From Ramazzottius varieornatus (taxonomy: Eukaryota; Animalia; Tardigrada): DNA of 64,000 nucleotides. Where the stretch lies: the NCBI GenBank assembly GCA_001949185.1, contig BDGG01000011.1:455552-519551 (forward strand), given 5' to 3'. The notes under the pieces were generated by a model that had not been told where the DNA came from, made no database searches, and was given only the letters and a program-made list of their open reading frames with translations. Positions 54,125-64,000 of the stretch are shown in pieces (within the stretch, counting starts at the first letter, position 1; each line of letters starts with the position of its first letter). Position numbers and translations under genes: made by a program.

Positions 54125-57100
54125 TCACCAAACTTTACATTTCTGATGAGAAGGAGGATTCATCGGCGAACCGACTGGACACTTGAAAGCTTCCGAAAAT
54201 TCGGGCAAGTTCCTCAGAGGTCCAATAACCCTGTAGAGCAGACGTTAGAAATCCCGACAGCTAGTCTAGCAAGAAGGAAGGGCTGGTCCACCTGAATTTA
54301 TCCGGTGAGTGAACACCGGATAGAATATCGTTTGCGTAGGCATCTGGTCTGGACAGTCCACACCAGATGTGAGCATAGGCCAGGAAGAATAGTTGCTGGT
54401 GCGAGTGGTGAACGAGCCCCGGAAGGCGTGGTTCTTCCTGAGTCGGTGAAGTCCGTTGTTGCCACTGGGCGTAAGCGCGATAAGCCTGCTTCAGTCCGCC
54501 GTTGTCGGCAATGTTCTCACCTTGAGTGTTGACGCCGTTGACTGTCATGTTGACTTCGGGCACCGTGAAGCCCTCGTACTGTTCGATGATGCATTGCGTG
54601 CGGTTTTTGAAACGTTGGACGGTGGACGACGGCCACCAGTCCCGAAGGTTACCGTCTTTGTCTTTTTGACGACCTTGATCATCGAAGCCATGTGTAATCT
54701 GTCACGAAAAAATGTGAAAAATCCGAAAACTTACTACGAAAAAAGAACGTTTGAACATTAGCACGTGGGCAAATGAGATTAGCCAGACCGCCAGGAGGTA
54801 AAACTAGNNNNNNNNNNNNNNNNNNNNNNNNNNNNNNNNNNNNNNNNNNNNNNNNNNNNNNNNNNNNNNNNNNNNNNNNNNNNNNNNNNNNNNNNNNNNN
54901 NNNNNNNNNNNNNNNNNNNNNNNNNNNNNNNNNNNNNNNNNNNNNNNNNNNNNNNNNNNNNNNNNNNNNNNNNNNNNNNNNNNNNNNNNNNNNNNNNNNN
55001 NNNNNNNNNNNNNNNNNNNNNNNNNNNNNNNNNNNNNNNNNNNNNNNNNNNNNNNNNNNNNNNNNNNNNNNNNNNNNNNNNNNNNNNNNNNNNNNNNNNN
55101 NNNNNNNNNNNNNNNNNNNNNNNNNNNNNNNNNNNNNNNNNNNNNNNNNNNNNNNNNNNNNNNNNNNNNNNNNNNNNNNNNNNNNNNNNNNNNNNNNNNN
55201 NNNNNNNNNNNNNNNNNNNNNNNNNNNNNNNNNNNNNNNNNNNNNNNNNNNNNNNNNNNNNNNNNNNNNNNNNNNNNNNNNNNNNNNNNNNNNNNNNNNN
55301 NNNNNNNNNNNNNNNNNNNNNNNNNNNNNNNNNNNNNNNNNNNNNNNNNNNNNNNNNNNNNNNNNNNNNNNNNNNNNNNNNNNNNNNNNNNNNNNNNNNN
55401 NNNNNNNNNNNNNNNNNNNNNNNNNNNNNNNNNNNNNNNNNNNNNNNNNNNNNNNNNNNNNNNNNNNNNNNNNNNNNNNNNNNNNNNNNNNNACTTCGCC
55501 ATGCGATTTCACATGGACAAGTCCGCTAGTTTTACCTCTTACTTCAAGTGGCGCACCTTTTCATTGTTATCGACTGAAAGTGTGCGTTACTTGGAAAAGC
55601 GATCTGAATCAGACCACGTACCCACGTTCCAATTGTTATTCTAGATGTGGGCAAGCGGCAAAGTAGAACAGCCAGGCGCGGCTAATTCACAAAGCATGGA
55701 AGGGGGATAAAATAAAATAGTTTGTAGTCGCCCATTCACGACTGCACAAGTGGAAGGATCCTTTCATTCATTGGTCGCCATGCGCTGTTCTTTTCCTCCA
55801 TTACCGTTCCATATTACGCCATCTGGCCACGCCTTACCGTTCTACTCTGCCCAGTGTTCAAGTATTTCGATTCCCGTTTTCATAAAGAACAGTCATGACA
55901 TTACTTCGTGACCAATGACCATGCCGATAGCGCCGTAGTTGATGGACTTTGGCCGGTCTTTTTCGAAGAACGGCGGCTGGAGAATACCGGCGGGGAATGT
56001 GATACTGTTGTAGTCCGTCGAGTAGAACGCATTAACCTGTTAGTCACAAATATCAAACGTCCTGACGTACCGGAAGTTAGCTTGAGACAAAGAAAAGCAC
56101 CTCGGCGGGTGAAGTAGCCCACTTGGTCTTGTCGAAAGGGTCTCGCAGTTCTCTCACAGATTTCTGTGCCCAAACCCGACTGTTGATCAGAACATTCTGA
56201 AAGTGTTCCGTCTCGTTGGCCATCGTCCCGTTGAAGTGTTGAGCCATGGCTGTGTTGTTGTAAATCATGTCGGGATAGCCAATCTTTCGGCTAATGGCCA
56301 GAGCCTTCTCCCGCGCGAAGACCTTGGCTTCGCTGTCCATCCAGTCGGTCTCGTTCAGCAGGATGTCCAAGAAGGCCGTGCTGATATCCGTGATCATTTC
56401 TTCGGCTTTCTCACGAGAACCGTTGCGGAAGGTCCGATCAACGTAGAGCTTACCCACGGCCAGGTCGAAGTAACTACCGACCAGGGCTGTGCACGAACGC
56501 CAGCGGGACTTCTCGACGGACGTACCATAGAGAACGTTCCGATACTTGTTGTAAATCTGTAAATTCCAAAAGCAATCTCAGTCTTTTGGCTGGCTTGGAT
56601 TTTGACTTGGGCTAAATTGGGACGTTGGCAAACGATTTCAACCCCATCGTCGGCACAAGTGGCGCACGGTATCGTTGTTAGTGTTCGGGAGGGTGCGCCA
56701 ATCGGGATGTATAACGATCTGGGTGAATTCTGCCGACCTTCAATTTTTTCTGAATCGTGGAGCCACAAAAGAGTGTCCCGTTACCTCGCGAAAACGGGTG
56801 TCCAGGTCCCAAACGACCGACAGCATGACCCGCCAGCCGAGGTAGTTTGCGACGGTTCGCTTGGACGTGTTGTGGTTGATGAGATCGAAGAGCTTGTTGA
56901 AGAAGGCAGGTTCGCTCACGACGACCTCTTCCTGTGCTGTCACTGGAGGCTTCAAATCAGGCGGAACAATGGTCGTCACATACTTTAGCCAATCAAAGCC
57001 AGAACCTGTCTGATTCTGCAGTTGAGCTAAAGTCATCTTGTTGTACTGCTTCGAAGCGTCTCGTCTTTCCTCACGAGGCGTTTTAATCTGCCAGACACGA

Positions 57101-58911
57101 TGTTTGAGTATGTAACTGGAAGAAGATGACAGTGACGATGTCAGTGCGTTACTTTGGCCAGCGCAATCTCGAAATCGAGAACGTCGGGTAGATCTTTGGC
57201 AGCGATGTGGGGTTGCGCACCCAAGAGTAGAGCCGTGTCCATCATAAAGTTGTAATAGGCTTTGACGTATCTGTCGGAGACATCAGCCACAATGCAAAGC
57301 AGGCAATTAACGTCGATGACAGAAATGACAAGTAGTCGTTTTGCATAGTTGGAACTTACTTATCGTTCAAGCCACGCATCATGTATTCAGCACTTGGCAT
57401 GCCTACTCCCGGCTGATCAATCTACCAATTAAAGACATATCTTTCCTGAAAGACAAGCTACAGTAACCACACTGAGGTGAGTTACTTACGTAGATAATCT
57501 GCTTGGCGGTATCTTTGCTGTCAGCCCAAACCTGTGCGGTCCAGTTTCAAGGAAAGATTAACCACGCGACGGAACTGGATAGGGGAGGGACCAATCAAGA
57601 GATTCAACTTACGCCCAGACTAATAAGGTAGCTTCCGCCGTCTCGTCGGAGAATCGCAGCTCTCTCCGCCCAGTCGAACGTAGCTAGATAAGCTTCGGAC
57701 TGATCGGCAGTTTGAATGACGGGCCATGAAACATATTGCTACAACAACATGAGCAACAGGTATGGGGTGTACACTGAAATGGGCTTGTCTTGCTTGCTAA
57801 TACTTCGAGAACATCGAATGCCGGTTGTGAGGCTTTCTCCTCGATGAGACTTTCGTTCATGCAGGCTTTGTACATTCTTTTGGCGTCGGCCGATGAGGGG
57901 ATGTCCGTCAACGGGTTAACGTCCTCCTCGAGAACTTCTGTGAGGACAAAGCAGCGTCGAGGTAAGGGCAGCTAAAAGGATGCTCAGTTCATTTAGCCAC
58001 CTTTCAATACGAGCTCTAGCGTTTCCTTGGCTTTGCTGAAAATGCTGTAGCGGCTTTTGTCATCTGGAACCACATTCTTACGCAGCCAACCCCCACAGGC
58101 ATACTGGTAAAAATCTGAAAGGGCATTGTGCTTGAGACTCCAACCATCAGCATTCCAGCAGTACTTTTCCCTTACTGTTATTACCTTGACAAGGATCAGC
58201 TTTCTGATCCATTGCCTCCAAGAAATCGTGAGCTGCAACACGAGGGAAACTGACTGTTATTGAAAGACAGCAAAATTTGTTCACATAAGACACACCGGTA
58301 TCTAACTTGAGCAGTTGGAAAAGTACATTTGAGAAAGTGTATCCATATTGCATGTTCGTCCTTTTCTCACCTGCTTTGACGCACGATTCCGACAGGCAGA
58401 CGGACAAGGTTTCCTCACTGCCATTCTGTAAGCCTTTCCGAGCTATGCCGATCCACTGGTTACGATCATGCGCACTGTCCTGGTTATAAACACTGGATAC
58501 GCTGGAATGCGGGTACAATAAGCTTACTATTAGTATGAGAGCTATCAACAAGCCGACAAGCATTAACAACATAAAGGTGATCACGCAGCACAGGTGACGT
58601 TCGCGGGGTGACCATCTTGTCAAGAACTGGAGAGAGGCTTTGCGGACAGGGAGGAGAGGGTTGGTAGAGGAAGCTGCGGAATGTGGCACGCTGTTACGGG
58701 GCGAAACGGGTAGCATGATGGTGTTCTCCATCGGTTCTGCTGGCGTAGATAACACATCAGGCTGGAGCAGACCGTTTATAGGAGGAGGCACCGTCAAGCG
58801 GTCTTTGCGGGCATAGGGAGAAGTATGAGAGGAAAAGGTGACGGCTGGATGGCCAAGGGTTTCCGGCACCAGAGAAGGCGAAGTTACTTCCTCGTCAATC
58901 ATTTCCAACAT
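54125..58911 (-). CDS. Neprilysin / M13 zinc metallopeptidase (type II membrane)
   Basis: Cytoplasmic N-terminus, TM helix, [28 protein letters not shown]|ITHGFDDQG (split by the intron containing the N gap), [13 protein letters not shown]-terminal KCKVW-stop. Confidence 0.95.
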
Positions 58912-59881
58912 GGTCGACAAAATATTTTCAACTAATTAACTTCACTCAAAAAAACGAGACCGCTGAAAACTCGAAAAGCATGAGGCGGGAAAAGGAAAGT
59001 GTGCTTGAAGGGATCAAGATGTCAAGTGTGTATTACAGAGGACCGAAATGTGCGCGGCATTCTTTCATCGGATCGTTCTGGAGAGTATATGACTATTTGG
59101 TCACAAGTGTAAAGTGATTTGGGGCTAAAATTAGTCTGTGGCGAAAGCGCAACATCAATCATGGTGCACGATATTTACTGTCCCCGCATATCTCAATTTG
59201 TCCATTTTAATTTACGAAAGTGTGATGAACAAGTCTCTAACATAACACAGCCTTGTCTTGCGGTGACGTCAACCTGTCTTTAAAACTTCTGAATGGATGG
59301 AAACTTGTGAACCAGGGCATAAACTTGAAGCTCAAGTACCCGGAACTTCGGCACCCTAGGCCTGGCCTCTACTGCCTGCCGCTCTTTTAATGAACTAAGA
59401 GCTCAGTTTTTGCTGGAATAAACCATCTACTGTCAATCGCCGATATACAGCCGGAGTTCGAAGTACTACAGCGTACAGTGATATTAATCCATCACATCAG
59501 ACAGAGGAACCGTCGACCGTAACCCTAGAAACTTTTGTTTGTTTTTCTCTGGCTTGTAACGACGACCAAAAGCGCAAGACATGCTGGAGCACCGACTGCT
59601 CGTAAATGTTTGACAGACCGATGTAAAGTCTATCTGCTGTCGTGGAGTCGGAATTTCGCTGTCCATTGCACCGAGGATAGAAACACACTATCGACTTGCT
59701 TTTTATCGACCATCGTGTTGACACGTGTCGTCAGAAGTTTTAGAAGAATTTTGTGCATCTTGATGGTATCGCCAAAGATGTGACCAGCTGTCTGAATTCA
59801 TCATTGATCTTACTACACGGTACACCGACGTGGGGGCTGGTTGCAGATAGGCGGTTGGCCGAGGTGTGATCAAAAGTCAAA

Positions 59882-61798
59882 ATGGCCTTTCTCTTTGGTC
59901 GCGGGCCGTCGACGAGGGCAGCTTTGGAGTGCCAGTGTACTCAATTGCGGAACGAGAGGGAGCTGCTGCTGGATGAACTCAACAAGAGCGCAACGCAAAT
60001 CCAGGAGATGGAAGCGCTGATTTTCAACCTCGACAACAAGGTGCAAGAGCTCATGACTGGCGCACAAGTACGTCCAAGTACGTTCCCCCACCCTAAATGA
60101 TTTTTCTTACTTGCCAGAAGGCCTCTCCTAATTTTCAATCAGCTTTTCGCAGCTTGCTGTGATTATATTAATGGCTGACAAAATTTATCTTATTCAGAAC
60201 TGATATCGATATTTTTAGTCGAACAGGATTACCGAGACGGGGACACAGGTGGATGACGGTCAGCTAGACAACATCCAAGCCGGGACCGTTGGTCGCAAAT
60301 CTTCACGTAGTGCCTGGCTGCTGGGCGACGACGAGGAGAGCCATAACGTTAGTCACCAGCACAAGTTCCTAGCTGCTGTCTCCTCCGATGCGTTACCCAC
60401 TTCTTTGTCTGATGCTCTGCGCAAAGACCCACGGGTACACTCCCGTCATCTCCAAACGAGAATGTACAGTAGACAGAGGTGCTGGACGAGTAGTCATGCG
60501 GGTTTTTGGTTAGGGAGATATTTGGGATAAGGAAATCCGCCAGGTCCACAAGCGTATTCAACAACTGAACGAAGACAACGATACACTAACCAAGAACAAC
60601 CACTTGCTACAAGGAAACCTAGCCGAACTGGAGCAACAACTGAGTGCAAAACTGAACGAAATTACTAGACTGACGAAGAACCTGCAAAATATCCAGGACG
60701 AACTGAAGCGAGCACAAAGTCATGGCGATAAGGTAAATATATTCGGTTTCTTCGGTAGCCGACGTCGAGTGACCTTTTGATGCCTGTTACAGAGTGAGAA
60801 CGACTGCAGAGGAAGGCTAACTAATTTCCACAAGGCGCAGAATAACAACAATGGCAACAGTGCTGCTCCCTCGGAACACGGCACTGTGGCCTCAGAGACC
60901 AAAGTACACCTGCTGCGTCTACGGTTGGATCACGAGCGGATGCAGTATTTCAGTGACAAGAGCATCATGACTAAAGCGTTGGAAAAAACTACGCGCAGTA
61001 ACAGAACATTGACTGTAAGTAATTGTCTGCGCGTGATAGGCGAAAATCTTTTGATTATTTGAAGGGATTTAAACGTTTTGCTTGAAGGAAACCCTGGAAG
61101 CCCTACGGTCCGAGAAGCAGCACGTGGAAAATATGTTTATGACTGTATTGAAACAGCGCAAAGAAGCCGAAGACCGTTATCTCTCGGTAATGCTTCCACG
61201 ACTTCAAGCTATTATGTATTCAAACTAAATAATCAACCATGTGCGCGGCAAACAAACTGGACCAGATCGTTTTTCCAGAGTGGCACACGTTGGGGGTGTT
61301 ATTGGATTGAAGCGTGCGCCACTCTGCAAAACACTCTTGTCGATGTTTTTCGCCAAGCTGCAAATCAAAGGCTTTTTGCACTTTTAGAACGAGGAAGAAC
61401 TGAGTGGTTACAGGAAAGCAGCTTTGCCGACCGGTGCCGATACCAGCGAGTACGCTGAAGGTGGTAACGCCGCTACTAACTCGTATCCTGCCAGAGAGCA
61501 GGTGACTGTTCTTGCAAAGGATCGACCGAAGACGTACGGCACATTCGACTACGGTGCGGGTATGGACAATCAACTGAGTGACGAAGCTAGCCACACCGAT
61601 GCGTACCCTGGTAGCTCGCCGTCCTCGGCAGCTGATAGTGTTGGAGTGAAGGGCCATTCGCAAGACGCGGGTGGAGCTGCTGGTAAGAAGGCTAAGAGCC
61701 GCAGCAAAAAGCTGAGGAATTTGTTCAAGAGCTCCGGCAGGAAGCATCAACCTCTGTGGAAGCGCACCTCGGCTCCCAAACTAGCCACCACCTCCTGA
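59882..61798 (+). CDS. Uncharacterised coiled-coil protein
   Basis: Six phase-0 exons join in frame, e.g. LRNERELLLDELNKSATQIQEMEALIFNLDNKVQEL and IQQLNEDNDTLTKNNHLLQGNLAELEQQL; basic C-terminal tail KKAKSRSKKLR. Confidence 0.75.
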
Positions 61799-62546
61799 TA
61801 ACTTTTCGTTACTAGGTCTCGGTAGCATACCTAACAAGCTAATACATGGCAGGATAGGCTGAACTCTCTTTCCTATTCCTGACTTTCTGTGTGCTCTGTC
61901 CCTTCATAAATTCGAAAAACAAACCGGTGGTGACAAGAAATTTGTGGCCGTGCACAATTAAATGGCTCAGTTTCAAAAAAGACGGTGGCAGTAACGTTGT
62001 AGGCGGTGTGCATATGTGAGGCGGTGGCAGTGGCGATTAGGCGGTGACAAGATAGTCACACCACAGTGCATTACTAAGCGAGCTAATGAACCTTGGTCAT
62101 ACTCTCCATCTAATGCCGGTGCTAGATCTCGCGACCGAAGAGTCTGTAGACTTCACGGTAAGAAATTGACGCTTTTTTTCAGCATCAGAAGCCCAAGACC
62201 AGCTTTACCGTGTCTATGGAGTGGTTCCTGACTTCAAAACGGATCCGCCTCGAAATTTTCGTCAGTAAACACGAAACTTGCAACTGAACTTGCACGCTGC
62301 GATAGCTATTCTATTAACAAAGAAAGGAAAGATAAGCTGCTCAGTTCCTGTCGGAGTGTGACCACGCCTGTAAAAGCGTTTTTGCGCCCAGTAACTAGCT
62401 CACCATCCATTTTCTAATGTTGGACATAGGATAGCTCAGTTAAATACAGCATTCAAAATCAACCACGATCAGAAGAAGAGTTGAAAATACCTGGAAACAG
62501 GAACAAAACTAATCTAGTTCAAAAAGATATGGACGAGTTTTATCAG

Positions 62547-63318
62547 TTAGCATATCTGGGCACTACCAGGGCATTGTCCAGTTAAACTCGACTCTTCATG
62601 TTTATCTTTCGCAACATCACAGATAATCTCATCATACGATGGAGGAAGAAAAAGCCGGTACTCGGGTGGAGACTGCTCATCCAGCTCCGCCAAATATTCT
62701 CCACGCGTTAGCTGGTGATTGCAGTTCTCCAGGTTACTTCCTTGCACGCCCATAGGACGTCTACCGTAGTACCACCTTTCGCAAAGTGATTGGAAGTACA
62801 GCATCGTGCGGAAGGCAATCCAGACAGTTGCCAGAAGAGCCCAGCACACTGCAATTGCTTTGATGGTGTTGATCCAGGTTACTCGCAAATCATAAAGACT
62901 TTTTCGCGTCACATCCGAACCTGATGAGGATTGTAAAACACATCGTGTGATTCCCATCGTCTCAGTTAAAGGTGGATACTGTTTGTTTGTGTGTGTGTGT
63001 ATGTATCCTACCGGTACGTGTGGGATCTGCAGATTTATCGAGACATCTGAAGGGTTCGTTGTCTGTTGACAGCATTCCTTCGAAGCTTGGGTGAAAATCC
63101 ATTTTGGTGTGTTTCGGGCCATCTTGAGGGCTTCCTCTCAGGTCACCGTCTTTGTAGTTATCGCCGGCCTGAACTACTGGGCTCGTCGATTGAGGCACAC
63201 TGTGCTCCACAGCGGTGGTGGCTGAGACGAGTATTCCGAACGACAGAAACTTCGCAGATGAACCGGGAAGTAGCGCGCTGACCAACCAGGCGTTAACTTC
63301 TAACAAGCCCAGCTGCAT
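62547..63318 (-). CDS. Uncharacterised membrane protein with PPxY motifs
   Basis: Two exons (intron ~63009-62922). Hydrophobic N-terminus, TM segment IKAIAVCWALLATVWIAF, cytoplasmic PPEY and PPSY. Start codon uncertain. Confidence 0.65.
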
Positions 63319-63678
63319 CGTTTCAAATATCGATTACCGTCTAGAGCTCGCGTACAGTTGCGCCATTCCTTCGAACTTCATCCAGATGGATTACGTTGAA
63401 AACACACGCTATTAGCCTGTTTTCTAGAGTGAATTTGGAATAATTATAGCTTTTCAGTGTTAACGTCTATTCATCCGTTTTCTTGAAGGATGATGAAGGA
63501 CAGATAACAGCACAATGAACCGAATCAAGCTTCACTGCTCCCGATAAGATTTTAAAAGGGTGACTAATTTATTTGGGTACCAGACATGCTTGATAGGTAT
63601 CAAATCTTTAGTCGTGTGACTTACGCTAAAACGGTGTGGATAAGATACCCAAACGCGAACAATGAAGACTTGCAAACC

Positions 63679-63875
63679 AGTGGGGATTTCAGTCTGGGCA
63701 TAATTTACGTGCTTAAAGATCAATCAAGCGACACAAGTCAACTAAAGACTGACATAGAAAACTGATATAAAAACTGAGTTACAAAAGTTAGTTTTTAGTA
63801 TTCAGTCTCAGTGAAACAGTTGTACATGATTGATCGAACGGACGGAATTTATGCCCGAGACTGAAATCAACACTG
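63679..63875. mobile_element. MITE (same family as 24856-25050)
   Basis: Colinear similarity to the CRISP-intron element; inverted ends tttcagtctgggcataattt / aatttatgcccgagactgaaa. Confidence 0.7.
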
Positions 63876-64000
63876 TTGCAAACTCGCTTCATTGTTTACA
63901 ATGCACAGTTCCAATGAAATGTACCAGAAGAAACTCGCCAAAACTTCTTACGCCATTCGAAAAAAATGAGTTCAGAGTAAGATGTGCTCCATAGAAAATT

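Noticed and set aside
54679-55666. Long ORFs of X residues
   Set aside because: Artefacts of the N gap inside a neprilysin intron.

Overview
Eukaryotic (metazoan) genomic DNA with compact GT-AG introns, mostly about 60-100 nt; a tardigrade-like invertebrate is my inference, not something the sequence proves. There are no rRNA, tRNA or CRISPR features, and two assembly gaps (~4480-4529, ~54808-55492). The first ~16 kb holds many non-autonomous DNA transposons (hAT with 8-bp TSDs, Tc1/mariner-type with TA TSDs, fold-backs), a THAP-domain gene running off the left edge, and a broken arylsulfatase. Multi-exon genes follow: a ZP-domain protein, a second arylsulfatase pseudogene, a CRISP (CAP + ICR domain), a PLA2G15/LCAT-like lipase, an SLC46-like MFS transporter, a plant-type (PSPG-box) UDP-glycosyltransferase, two paralogous secreted 6-Cys peptides, PCCB, cyclin Q, a decayed RING/PHD + BEN-like gene, a decayed CRE-clade non-LTR retrotransposon, a neprilysin (M13), a coiled-coil protein and a PPxY membrane protein. 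The strongest leads are (1) the tandem prepropeptide pair with an unfamiliar Cys spacing and Rel/GATA-like promoter sites, (2) a duplicated, covarying RNA structure in the CRE 5' region that buries a splice donor, and (3) the intron-bearing plant-type UGT. Exon structures were read by eye, so boundaries need confirmation.
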